Assembly: GCA_047495785.1 (NCBI GenBank)
Contig: JBLDXI010000025.1
Span: 806,001 to 870,000, forward strand
Source: Lepidodermella squamata
Lineage: Eukaryota > Animalia > Gastrotricha
Direction of reading: 5' to 3'
DNA: 64,000 nucleotides
Below the pieces are notes generated by a model, which was given only the letters and a program-made list of their open reading frames with translations, was not told the DNA's origin and did not search any database. The number at the start of each line of letters is the position of its first letter. The stretch's first letter is position 1. This document shows, in pieces, positions 48,490 to 60,820 of the stretch. Made by a program: the position numbers and the translations under genes.

Positions 48490-49735
48490 TGAATAACAAG
48501 ATGCTCTCAGCCAAACATGCCGCGATATCGTACGATGAAGAAAAGGGCCGGCGAGGTGTCTTAATCAACGCCTAGCTGTTCTACGTTTACCTTCAAGGCT
48601 AGTTCGAGTGGTTGGAGGAAGAGTAAAGCGTCTCGGTCCTGTACACCGTTGGTCGCGACCCTCTGAAAAGTTGTTTCTGAAGAAGGCGATCCCGAACAGC
48701 CTCGACGTATTTGAGGTTTGTTATGTATCGGGAAGCCGCAAGTCGCAAGTGTGCAGTATCTCACTCTCACTATCAAGATAGGTTCGTCGGAACCGAACAG
48801 CGATGGTAGTCTAAGCCGAATAATGCCGAAGCTACGTATCGCTCTAAATAAGTTGAACCGGACTCTTGAAATACTGGTGATTCCGACCATTCTCGACAAT
48901 TTTTGAGACGTTGGTTTAATTTCTTGAAGTTGCTCTTGACGCACAGTAAAGTAAACGACCCAAACAATCGGTCACAGCATCGTACTTCGCTGTGGACTGC
49001 ATTTTGTCTCAAGTCGCAGCTGATGGTCTCTGTGCCTTCTCTTCGTGATTTTAGCTTTTCTGAGGCTGAAGAGAATCACGTAATTTTCGACAAAAAAACT
49101 CCTCGCTATCAAGGTCGCGTTCGAGCAAAGGCGCACCACCTGGAAGGCGCTCAACATCAAGTCAGTTTTATCGATCACAGATATCTCGAAGTCAAAATTC
49201 CAAAGACGCGCCAAGCCGAATGGGCCGAGTCTTTCGTCCGCTTTTATGTCGAAATCACTTGTCGTCCCGGTCGATGAGATTTGGCAAGGCCGCGCCAGCC
49301 ACAAGGCCTGGTCAACACTGAGCTTAAATTCAATCTTCAACCGAAATGGAAGGAAGATCAATTAGTTTCTGCCTCATAGCCTTAGTCTTAGATAGTCCCG
49401 AAGTGACTAATAATTGACGAATAAGTAAAAGAATAACGCAACACCTGCTGCTTGAGACAATAAAATTTCGTATTTTTTCTCAAGAGGCAAGTTCATAAGT
49501 CTGCCTTAGTGCATAGTCTAGTCTATGTTGACAACATGTTAACATGTTCATTTCGACGCAGACATAAGCTTCGTATAACCCCGCCCCACACAGGCAAACC
49601 TTTGTTTGCAAAGTACTGCGTCATCAAGTTGTTTTTCCCGAAAACTGGGTGGACTCGATAAATACCACCGCTAATTCGCCGAATTTCATTATTAACATTT
49701 TCTTTCTATCAATTTGATACCTAACCACAATTAAA

Positions 49736-50106
49736 ATGGCTGGCTCCTTGCTCCCTGTATTGGCGGTTTTCATGGCGATCATTTCAGTTATTGCAGCGGA
49801 AAACCCTAGTAAGTTGTTTGATACTGGCTGTTTCCGCTAAATGCGAAACTGAATGAATTTGCACTTTCAGCTATTGCTGGCTACAAGTCTAATGCAAAAA
49901 GTTGCCATGCATTCAACAACATTTATGGTGGATACATTGGGCCCGTTGGAAACGTTCAGGCGTGTGCTGACAAGTGTACCGCGGGTAAGGGCTGCCGCGC
50001 TTTTGCGTTCTTCACCGTTCGCGGCAACTGTGTCTTGTTTACGGGCTGCGCCAACAAGGACGATCTCGGCAAAAGTAGAGGAGAAACGGCTTATATTAAG
50101 ATATAA
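49736..50106 (+). CDS. PAN7: secreted PAN/apple protein (closest to PAN5; one intron)
   Basis: Spliced mature region TIAGYKSNAKSCHAFNNIYGGYIGPVGNVQACADKCTAGKGCRAFAFFTVRGNCVLFTGCANKDDLGKSRGETAYIKI. Confidence 0.85.
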
Positions 50107-50927
50107 TGTGTTGCGGAGCAGAATTCGCGATGAGAGAAAAGAATTCGGTGCATAAGTAGCTACGATTTAACATGTCGCAGAGTCAACATTAATTGATTAA
50201 TCATCTCACCGCTTGATTGTTCTCAGCTGCTTTTGAGTGGGAAAGGAAAGAAATAAATGCTTTCAAGTATTAGAACTGCCTATTTGTTCAAACTTTAGGG
50301 TTTTGACACAGCAATTCGATCAACGTATCATGTGAATTGGAGAATCGTGCATACGAACGGGCGCGATGAAGAAAAGGTCCAAAAAGGGAATAACGCGAGT
50401 TTGATTGAAAATAATCAAATATAATGTGACATACCATGATCCGCATTGTTCGGCCATCCATCACTGTCGCTGGCTGTTTCAGCTCTTTCCGCCAAAACTT
50501 CAACCATACTCTATTAACCGTCGAAGCTGAAAAAAATCATCGAAAATACCAAGCTAATCGAATTACCAGTTGGGCCTACCAGGTGAGCTACCAGCGGGGA
50601 GTCACTGGTTTGCTCTGCCTTCAAGCAACAAGAAAGTGGCCGCTACTTCCTTCGCAGATTCCTTCGAGGCGATCTAACAATACGAACGGCCGCATTTAGG
50701 TAAAACTTGAGGATCCGACAGATCGACTGGCAGTTCGAGACAGACAAAGCTAGTCAAGGGCCTAATTTAAAAAATAAAATCGAGTGAAAATTTGCCGAAA
50801 GTAAAAAATCGTTTATCGCAATCAAAACGCTGCTAAATGCAGACACCATTTTAAAAAAGCGCAATAATAACCAAACGAAAAAAAGGCAATAAAAAATATT
50901 ATTTTGGGTTTGCATGAAAAATGGCTG

Positions 50928-51630
50928 TGTCTTTTTTCATCTTGCCAAAATCTTTTTTCATCTTGCCAAAATCTTTTTTCATCTTGCCAAACATCTTTTT
51001 TTATCTAACCAAAATTTAGTTCTGGAAAATAATTTAATTATTAAATCTAGGGTAAATTCGCAATAAATCTTTTTTCATCTTGCCAGTGTCTTTTTTCATC
51101 TTGTCAACATGTTTATCAATATACTAAGTAAATTAAACACATAATTAATCGGGCAATATTCCTTCCATGGTTTCCTTTCAATCTAACTCCTCGGGAGATC
51201 CTCAGCGACCATTGGTAGTACGGCGGCCACGGTCTAGGACTAAGCTCCGCAACGCGACCATAACTGCCTAGAGCGGTACCGGGCGGCCGTCCTATCCTTG
51301 GTCGATTCGAAGTTCCGAAAGAACAGGCCTAAATCAACGGATGGACTTGGCTTGAGGAACCGAATCGTTTGATTGATTTTCTCGATTACCCTAAGCGTAC
51401 TGATGACTTGGGTGGTAAGCTATTGAAGATTTCGTTGTGAGACGCGAGGCCGCAAAAAAAAACAATTGACAAGTGGCAAGATGAAAAAAGATGTTGGCAA
51501 GATACGAAAAGATATTGGCAAGATGAAAAAAGATTTGTCGTATTTTTCACGCGAGAAAATGCTGGTTAGATGAATAATGGAATTTTTCGGTTAGATAGAA
51601 AAAGATGTTTGGCAAGATGAAAAAAGATTA
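50928..51630. mobile_element. Non-autonomous element with inverted arrays of a ~21-bp TCTTTTTTCATCTTGCCAA motif
   Basis: Direct copies at 50930-51110; reverse-complement copies at 51474-51630. Confidence 0.7.
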
Positions 51631-52618
51631 ACTCAGAAAAATGAATTGAGATATAGCGCATCATTTTCGAGATTAATTGTTAGTAAAATTAACGCAATTT
51701 GATCACTCAAGCTGTATTAAACCAAGCTAACTAATTGGAAAAAGCGATGGCTGTTGGTATATAAAGAACCCTGATTAAATGTTTTCTCATTATTCTCCAA
51801 GATCTGAGACGAAAAACAGCCAACAAAGTTTTCAGTTTTATATATGATTAATTTTATTATTATTTCATCTAAAAAAATCTGCTTCATTCCACCCTCACCC
51901 AACATAAATTAATAGACATTTCGACCCTGTCGGAATAAGCCCTCAGGTTTTGAAAATATAAGGCGCTCTTATTTTGGATTTTGCGAAATTTTTTTAAAAT
52001 TGACTTCTTTTTGTATGAATAAAAGTGAAAAAAAGCGGAAATAAAGCGAAAAACGGAATAAATTGTTTTCATGGTGAAAATTGTGGATTGATCGATGAAT
52101 TAAATTTTAATATAGAGAAAAGGAAGTTTGTGAAACTGTTCAAGCTGTTTCACTTGAATCAAGGCACGCGATTTAGTCATTTCAAAGTTGAATTCCCACT
52201 ATAAAAATGAAAATTTAACAGCTCCTCTTAAACATATCTATAATTGGAGATCCATTGAATTTGAAAATTCTGCGCATCGGCCCATGAAAAAAACCACAGA
52301 TTAGATTTGATTACCCAACTCACCTAAGATGAAGATTGCCGAAGTCAATGCTTTCATTTTTAGCGGCATCATTTTTGCAGAATTTAAAATAATTTTGTAA
52401 TAAAGCAAAATCTATAGAGATTATTTTATTGTAAAAAAATCAAAACAGTTACAAATATCCACAAAAATCGATTTCACTTGGAAATTATATCGATAACAAA
52501 TTGTTCGTATTCACTGCAGAAAATTTAAAACCAACCGAGAACATTTTTGCTGTACAAAACTCGATGCAATAGAAAAATCAATAGTCACTTATTTGAGATT
52601 TGAACAACACAGAAAAGA

Positions 52619-55600
52619 TCAGAAAATGAAATTTAAAATTGACCAATTTCGACTCGGATTAGAACTGAGGTCAGCAATTTTTGCACGAATCTCGCTCGCC
52701 AATTCTTCGAGAATTTTGTCGCAAATTATTTCCAACGGCGTTTTCCCGCAACTATTCTTCGCTTTCAACAAGTGATAAGTATCGGGTCGGCCGAGCAGAA
52801 ACCGAATCGAATCCAGCGCTTCATCCTTCTCAAGAACGTAATGCCAAATGTTGTTGTCATGCGAGTCGGCCGCTGAAATATCGGCGCCTTTCTCGAGTAG
52901 GAATTTGGCCGTTTCAACGTCATTTTTAGTCATAGCTATGAGCAGCGGAGTTTCTCGGCCTAATTTGTTGCGACAATTCACGTCGAATTGATGCTTTTCG
53001 ACCAAATACGAGACGCATTTGAAGCTGTTAGGCGACCAACAAGCGCTGTGGAGCAGCGAATTGCCGAGCGCGTTGTAGCAGTCCGATTTGGTGGGACACG
53101 TTAAATAGCAAATTTCAGCATGTCCAAATCGCCAGATGCCGCTGCTAGGCTGACAAAATTGTCGTTGTCATGTGATACGTCATCGAGATCAAATTGATCG
53201 GCAAAGTTTTTCCGCAGAAATTTAGCGGCCTCCACTTGGCCATAACTTGCAGCTACCAGAAGTGCCGAACAACCGTCCAAGTCTTCATCTTTAATGACAT
53301 TGTCTGAAAAAGAATTATAATTGAGAAAATTGAGAATACACATTAATCAACTCATTATTCCTTTGAACGAAAGAAAATCTGTTGCGCTATATTTTGTCCT
53401 TCTTTTTCCTGACACAATTTTTCCATCAATTATTTAGAGGCAATCAACATCAAATTGATAATCAAGGCATAATCAAGAATCAATAATAATAGGAAAAGGT
53501 AAAGGTTCGAGCGGATGGTGAACAGGCGCTTGTCAGAGACAGTGCGCAGGCGATGACGATATTGAGGAGGCAAATTGGAGAATCGGACAAATTATGATTT
53601 TATGATTATTGTGAAATTAAGATTAAAACTTTTTTAACCATTAAGAATGTTTCAATGCGGTTTTCGCCAGTCGATAGATCTAGTCGAGTCTAGGGTAACC
53701 TTTCCTCAAATGTCCTCAAAGGCTGTTTTTATGATAATAAAGGGTTTCACAGCGAAATCTTAGAAATTTTTGTCATCGCTAATTATAATGCTGCGCCCTC
53801 TATTTTCCACTTCATGGTAAACAATAACTACTCATAGGCTCAAAGGATAGTCAGAATGATGACATACACAGCACATGAAATCAAAGATGCTGGTTTCGCA
53901 AACAAAATTAATTTTACGCGATTTTTTTTGTCCCCGGCGAAACTTCAAGTTTTAGCATTTCAGCATAGATTATTTGCCTGCTATCAATTCAAATCAATTT
54001 GAGTAATCTAATGTAATTCTAGTCTACCGATCGTTCTTCCAGAGGCATCTGGTTTCCGAAAATTGGGCAACTCGACGATGAAAAGTTGAGATAGAAGCCA
54101 CATGATACATCTGAGTAAAATCCTTGGGGAAGAGAGATGGAAGCAAGTAAAAACGCCGATTTCAAAGCGCGAATTTTCCATCATAAACATTTGCCAAAGG
54201 TCAAGTTTGGAATTTTTTGGTGTCTGAAAATACCACAAGCGACAAAATAAGGGGTTCTCGCGCGCAAAAGGCAATGAGAAAGAGTTCTACGCGCCCCTCA
54301 AGTTGGAACTTTTTGACGCATTTGATAACATGAAAGGTATGCATCGGGGATGAAAACGGATAGCACCAGCATATTCCTCGTGAAAACTGCATTAGGAAAT
54401 GATGAAAGGCCATTTTCGACAAATCACACCGACGCGAAGTTGTTGCTTCTATCAAAATACTATCGGAATGAGAAAAACATTAGACTAATAATAAGAGACT
54501 CTTGCCACTGCAATACTGCCGAAATTATTTGATTTTTCAATTTAAAATTCCTCCTCAGGCATATTTACAAGGAAATTCACGAATTTTAGCCCTGGCTATA
54601 TCCCGGCGTTGCAACGACAGTTTTCTTCGGCTGTAGAGGAGCCGTTGTCATAAATGGATGAAATGCCAAGTTCCGCACTCATAGAGATCGAGTAAAACTC
54701 ATTAAAATCGATAATTATTTCATGCTACACGAAAATATAGAACCTAGTCATTACTCATAATACTATAATTTCATACAAATATATTTTGCGCGATTCAATA
54801 TTTCAGGCTTAAAATCCCTTTTACAGTAGAAATTAAAAGTATTATCTTCGTAGCTGAACGCTGGCACGTGTCAAGTTCTCAAATGCATTATTTTTGCCCG
54901 AGTATTTCAAAAACACTTCTTTTCAGCCATCGTGGCACAAACCCCCAGCAAGTTTTTAATACAGGCTGATGTCGTTTATTTTCCGGTAATTCAATGTTTC
55001 ATCCCTTTTGCAAATTAATACTGCTAACTAACGGACGAGCATGCATTAGTCATCATAGTCCGTGATATTTCTGTGATGAATAATGCTTGAAAAGTAAAAA
55101 AACAACTGCTGCTTGTGACAACAAGATAGGTTGAATCGTAATACCAGCATTATACTTCAATCGACCAGGCACGCATTTCGATCACGCATGCTGCGTCATG
55201 TAGTCCTCCCCTCCGACACTGCGGGTGGACTCAATAAATACCACCTCTAATTCGCAAAAATTCATTATTACCGCTTTCTTTCGATCAAATTTATTCTCAT
55301 TCACAATCGAAATGGCTGGATCCTTGCTCCCTGCATTGGCGGTTTTCATGGTGATCATTACAGTCATCGCGGCACAAAACCCTTGTAAGATTTCTAATAC
55401 AGGTCGATGCCGGCCATCGCCCTTGAATGCGAAATTGAATCAATTATTACTTTCAGCTGGCTACAAGTCGAATGCAAAAAGTTGCTATGAAAATAAAGGC
55501 CCGCGCGGCAACATTGTTGGTGGCTTGTCGGACAAGATATCAACTGCTCAGGCGTGCGCTGAAAAGTGCAACGCGTCCAAGCTCTGCCGCGCTTTCACGT

Positions 55601-58600
55601 TCGTCCGTAGCCTTAATAGGTGTGCCTGGCTTAGCAGCTGCGCCAACAAGAACGAACTCAATCCCGGAGAAATGGCTTTCGTCAAGAACTGAAGTGTTAC
55701 GGAGCAGTATTCGTGATGAGAGAAGAGAATTCGGATGCATAGGTAGCTACGATTAAGCATGAAGCTGAGTCAACATATATTAATCATCTCAGTGCTCGGA
55801 TGTTCTTAGCTGCTTTGATGGAATGGGAAATAATGGAAATAAAGGCTTTCAAAAAATAACACTACATTCTAGTTCTAACTTCGGAATTTTGAAACAGAAT
55901 TTCAATCTAAGGAATGTGTATCAGAGAGTTTTGCATCTCACCCATACCGCTCTTTCGTGTACTTTGCCGAATCCCGATCAGAAATTTTTCTTGCCTAGGA
56001 ATGAGGTTAACATGGAAATTTGACTTATCGCCCACAGAGAAGGTCTAATCCACCAACCGCGATCGGCAATGATTTTGCGGAATTTTTATTGATCTTTGTC
56101 AATTTTCTGAAACCTTGAGTTTCTGATAGTCGTGCAATGTTTTATTGGGAATCGGTGACTTGGATTCATCACGGACCATCTCTCAAAAAACTAGAAACCT
56201 CTGGCAAGAGAGACGATCAACTCAGGCGACATCGGATGCGAAAATTTCATTCTTCACAAATAAAAAAATTGTGAAAAATGGCATTTCTTGCACAATTTTT
56301 ACATCTTTTTGAATCGAGCTTTTAAGGAATAATCAGACCACACCTGTGCTCTTTAATTTGCTGAAAACCGCGTCTTTGCATTACTTCCGGTTGAAGATAT
56401 TTTCAAAAAAAGCGAGGCAAAAAGTTTGCGCACACTTCATCTAAACCGAAAATGTCAATTTTCGATTTTTCGCTTGCAATTTCGTTTCAAATTGATCGAT
56501 ATCGATGCGCGCCCTGAAACTGGCACATCTACACGTGGTACCCTAGCTATCAATTGATGAATAATTGTTCGCACAGGGGTTCAAGCCGGTTGATATCGAA
56601 AGAAATTATCGAAATCGATACCGATTCCGAGTATCGATTTCAATTCACAGATTTTTTTCCGAATTGGTAATAAAAATCTGCGAAATTTCAAGAAAAAATC
56701 CGATGAGTCACCTTGAAAACACTGTGGATATGTTCAAAACGGTTCTTTTCAGTTTGGTACCAATTTTGAAATTTTTGGTTCCGCAAAAATATAACTCGAG
56801 AAGGAAATAGGAAAAGGAGAAAGGAAAAATTTTATAACAAATTCGAGAAAAAGCCTCGAAAAATTGCGGCAAATTATCGCCAAAACTAGAAAATTAGTGA
56901 GGAAAAATGCTTACACTCAGGAATTTTCAGCAAGCTCTTCATGATGTTAATTCGACCGTGACGGACAGCTTGAAGAAACGGCGTCAGGCCATTTTTATCA
57001 CGGCAGTCTCGCAACTCGCCCGGGGCCGCCTGCAAAATGGCATCGACAACAGCATTTTTGCCGGCTTTGATCGCCTCGTGAATGGGCGGAAAATCGCCGT
57101 CTAATCATCCGGGTGACATTATTAATACTTCTGTACAGCAATTGAACAACTTCAACGCGGCCATTTCGGCTGGCGATTTTACACGCTTCAACAAACTCCT
57201 CATCGTTGCAAATCACGAGGCTGATCAGAAATTCGAAGATTTCGATTTTGCTATCAGCTTTCGCAGCTGATTTCAACTGGCCATTGACGTAATTCCTAAA
57301 TCCACAATAACGATACAAATGGCGGAGTATTTCGATGTGGCCGATAGCTAGGTGGTTGACGGTATTTCCGGCCGAATCTACGGCTGAAACGTCGCTTTTC
57401 AGTTTTTCGACGGCGAATTTGACGAATTCGACATTTCCGGCCTCGGCTGCTTGTAGAAACAGCGTCTTGTCGCCGTCACTTGGGTCGCAATGATCGGCGA
57501 TTAGGCGCCATCGATTTTCTGGTATGTTCGCGATGAGTTGTTGCAACTTGACGAATTCATGCGATTTTGCGAGTTTGTGGAGCTCGCAACATTTTGCATT
57601 CTAAATGGAAATCAGAGAAAAATTAGGTAAAATTTACAAAACAACAGAAATTTCAACAGATTACAAAATAAATCAACTCGAAAAATGGAATTCGATTTTA
57701 TTCGAATAGGTAGTTCAATTTCAAAGTTTTGTCATCTTGGAATTTGAAAAAGAAGCCACCTCTCATTGCCGACGACCAATGAAAACCGCGTTACGTTACA
57801 GCGGAAATAAAATGTACTTTTTCGCCAACAACCCTCAACGCCGACTACATTGCGCCCTAAATTCGGCAACGTTTTTGGGTTTTTCCTATTTTACCACCCA
57901 GTCAGCATAAGCAAAAATTATAGAAGAATTATCGGCAAATCAAAAGCCGGTTTCCGAACGATTTTACCTTGATTTATGAATAATTTAGTAGTAACCTAGA
58001 CTCCTGGTCGCAGCGGTCGAACTTAGGGATTTATACTCGACTGAAAAATGCATCTCTATTCTGTGGCGAGTCTAGAAATTCATCAAGCCTTCCAAATTTA
58101 TTAGGAAAATAAGAAGAAATAAAAAATATCACAATTCGGAAAGCAAAATGCCGAAGTTCTTGCGATTTTAGTCGAATTCATATATAGAGTACGTTGAGCG
58201 TTCAAAAATGCCCGCTGTTTCAAACTTGATGCAAAAATGATTGCTAGGATTATAGCCGATAGATCACCATATAAACGCTCTCAATAATCTAAAACTAAAA
58301 GACTCTATCTGAAAAATTAAAATCAAGTCAATAAAAATTACTTTAAAGGCCTATATCGTCACTGTAAGAAAAAAACGACAAAGTTCTGGTTTAGAATCAT
58401 AGTTAATAGTGTCAAGCCCTAAATTTGGAGAACAATAATAGCGGAACTAAATATCATATGGGCAATTTGTTTTCCTTCGTCCTTTAACGAGTCAAATTAC
58501 AACTGAAATAGGGGTCAAACTGAGCAAATTTCGTATTTTGGAGGAATTCTGGCTTTTAGCACTTGGGCTTCCAGAAAATCGAATCAGAAAGGTTTCTCAC

Positions 58601-59063
58601 CTCGAAATGACCTCGGCTTGTGGGCGATTCGCCATAGTCATCATCGTCCCATCTGGCTCGTTTCGCCTTACTTTGTTCACGCGGCATCAGAGCTTCAACC
58701 GCCCGTTTCACACCATAGTTATCCTTCAAAGCTGAGGAGAAAAGCATATTATGGTTCAATTTAAATCACATAATTAAATAGTGTACCAGCTATACCGCCG
58801 TTCGGCATTCGCTGGTTAGTTCTGCATTCAGGGCAAGCAACAACCTCGCCTTGAATTTCGTAGACGCTTTCAAGGCACTTGTAACAAAACGAATGGCCAC
58901 ACCGAGGCAAGACTTTCGGATCGGACGGCAGTTCGAGACAGACAGAACAACTCAGTGCCTACGGAAAATAAATAAAAATTGAGAAAAAATATTAATCCGC
59001 CCGTTGATAAAAATTTACCGCAATCAGAGAGCTATTATCACTCGGCACACCCGCAGAAGTCAT
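52619..59063 (-). pseudogene. RING-ANK gene H (no evident B-box or coiled-coil; two frameshifts; 3.6-kb intron 56914-53304 hosting PAN8)
   Basis: MTSAGVPSDNSSLIA / ALSCSVC...CGHSFCYKC...CPEC / LKDNYGVKRAVE, then ankyrin exons with frameshifts near 57105 and 53100. These could be real lesions or assembly indels. Confidence 0.75.
55312..55692 (+). CDS. PAN8: secreted PAN/apple protein nested antisense in the gene H intron (intron 55385-55456)
   Basis: Same signal peptide; SCYENKGPRGNIVGG...CAEKCNASKLCRAFTF...CAWLSSC...FVKN. Confidence 0.85.
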   Translation: MAGSLLPALAVFMVIITVIAAQNPCKISNTGRCRPSPLNAKLNQLLLSAGYKSNAKSCYENKGPRGNIVGGLSDKISTAQACAEKCNASKLCRAFTFVRSLNRCAWLSSCANKNELNPGEMAFVKN

Positions 59064-59686
59064 CCAAATCGTCGGTAGACAAATTTAAAAATTTCTTGTC
59101 AACTATATGCAAAAGTGAAGGATAAAAACATGGAAGTAAAATGGCGAAAAATAATAGAGAAATTGTTAGCAAGGCGGATCTTTCACGGCGAATGTACCTA
59201 ACATTGATCCCGGCTAATGGGGTAAAAGGGTGAAAACAATGTCGTGTCGATAGCAACTGCGGCTGGTTTTATTATACGCTCCAATAATCTATCACTGCGA
59301 CCGCACACGTCGCTCATCATATTAGAGATGGCGACGTCACCGCGCAATAAAGATGAAATTAGGTCAGGTCACAGGTCATTTTGAAAATATTGGCAGAAAA
59401 TGACGAAATTCGCTCAATGCAAATTTAAAACCAGAAATCATCGCCGAAATCATCGTTGCTGAAAGTGGTACTGAAATAATTAGAAAACGGGAAAACCAGC
59501 AAAGAGCGTTAGAAAAAATTGGAAAATTCGGCTCCCCGCCGAATTCAAAATTCAAAAGAAAAAGGCACAGTGGGAAAAATGAAGAATAATTATTTTCCGG
59601 GATTATTCAAATTATTCAAATTTCAAATTTTCAAATAAGAGCAAATTCAATTATTTTTCTAATTATTTTCAGGAAAAAATTGAACA

Positions 59687-60163
59687 GAGTGGCTATTCGT
59701 ACATATATATGTACGCAATTTTGGCTATTCGTACATATATTTTTAGAAATAAATTGAACTGATGCCATGTGTACAATTTGTGAGATAACGCGTTGAATTT
59801 TTTACTACACATCGGAAATTGGGTGAATTTAGAACCCTCAAATTTTGAGCTCTCTAAGGAAACTAGAGGGGTAAATGATAAATCGGTTTTAGGCCCATCC
59901 CGAAAGGTAGGTTGGTCCCAGCATGTCAAATTTGTTGGCACAACTTCTGCACAATTAGGCGCATCTTCCCCTAAATTCTCAAGTCTCTATGAGCTACCGT
60001 TAAAATTCAGCATCAAATTGAATATCAGCAAAAAATCAGCTGAAAATATGTACGAATAGCCATTTTCGCGTACATATATATGTACGAATAGCCAAAATGA
60101 CGTACATATATATGTACGAATAGCCAAAATGGCGTACATATGTATGTACGAATAGCCGCACTC
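59687..60163. mobile_element. MITE-like element with terminal inverted arrays of the palindrome CGTACATATATATGTACG
   Basis: GAGTGGCTATTCGTAC... at the left end pairs with ...GTACGAATAGCCGCACTC at the right end. Confidence 0.7.
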
Positions 60164-60820
60164 AAAATTGAAAGCGGAGAAATTTGTATTAAAATATTTT
60201 CTATATTGTCGTTGTTCGTGATATTCGCCCTGCTTTCTTTCTTCGCGCAATTATCGCAATGTCAATTATCTATCAAGTTTCCCTTTTTCCGTTTTGATAG
60301 CTCATTTTCTTTGCAAAACGTTCGTGTCCGCGACGTACGGTCAAAAATCCAGCTTGTCTACGAAAAGTGCGAAAACGGGCGAATAATGTTCGACCTGGAA
60401 CATGACATCCTCATGATATTTTTTGCCTTAACCCAGGTAAACAGTGAAGTGCTGGGATGGGATATTACTTCTCCGCACACGATCAAACTCTCAACTCCAT
60501 CCACATTTTCACCCATTTTTTCATTGTTTTCAGCAGCAGATTCATCCCGCGTGTTGTTGACTTCTGCATTGAACTTAAAAGTAGAAAAAAATCTCAGATG
60601 ACGCCAATAGCCAGCCGACCATAGGGCACGTCATTGCCGTACACCTCCGTATTTTATTTACTCAGCTCAACAAATAACAAACACGAAGCAAGCGTGACTG
60701 AAAACACCGAAACACGAGTGCGTTTATAAAAAAATGGAGATGTAAATATTTATCGCTTGGATTGTAACGAAGCATTATTTCTTTTCAGTTCAAACGAAAC
60801 ATTGAACTGGTTTTTCGAAA

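Noticed and set aside
48560-49280. Coding-like stretch with several short ORFs upstream of PAN7 (similar case at 30350-30690)
   Set aside because: No recognisable domain or consistent frame; may be a decayed gene but cannot be supported without a search.
55225-55692. 155-aa single-exon ORF for PAN8 (and the 119-aa version of PAN1)
   Set aside because: Non-ATG upstream extension and, for PAN8, read-through of a 72-nt in-frame intron; paralogs support the shorter models.
59687-60163. Regularly spaced palindromic repeats (also 50928-51630) as a CRISPR array
   Set aside because: No unique spacers, repeats are arranged as inverted terminal arrays, the context is eukaryotic and there are no cas genes.
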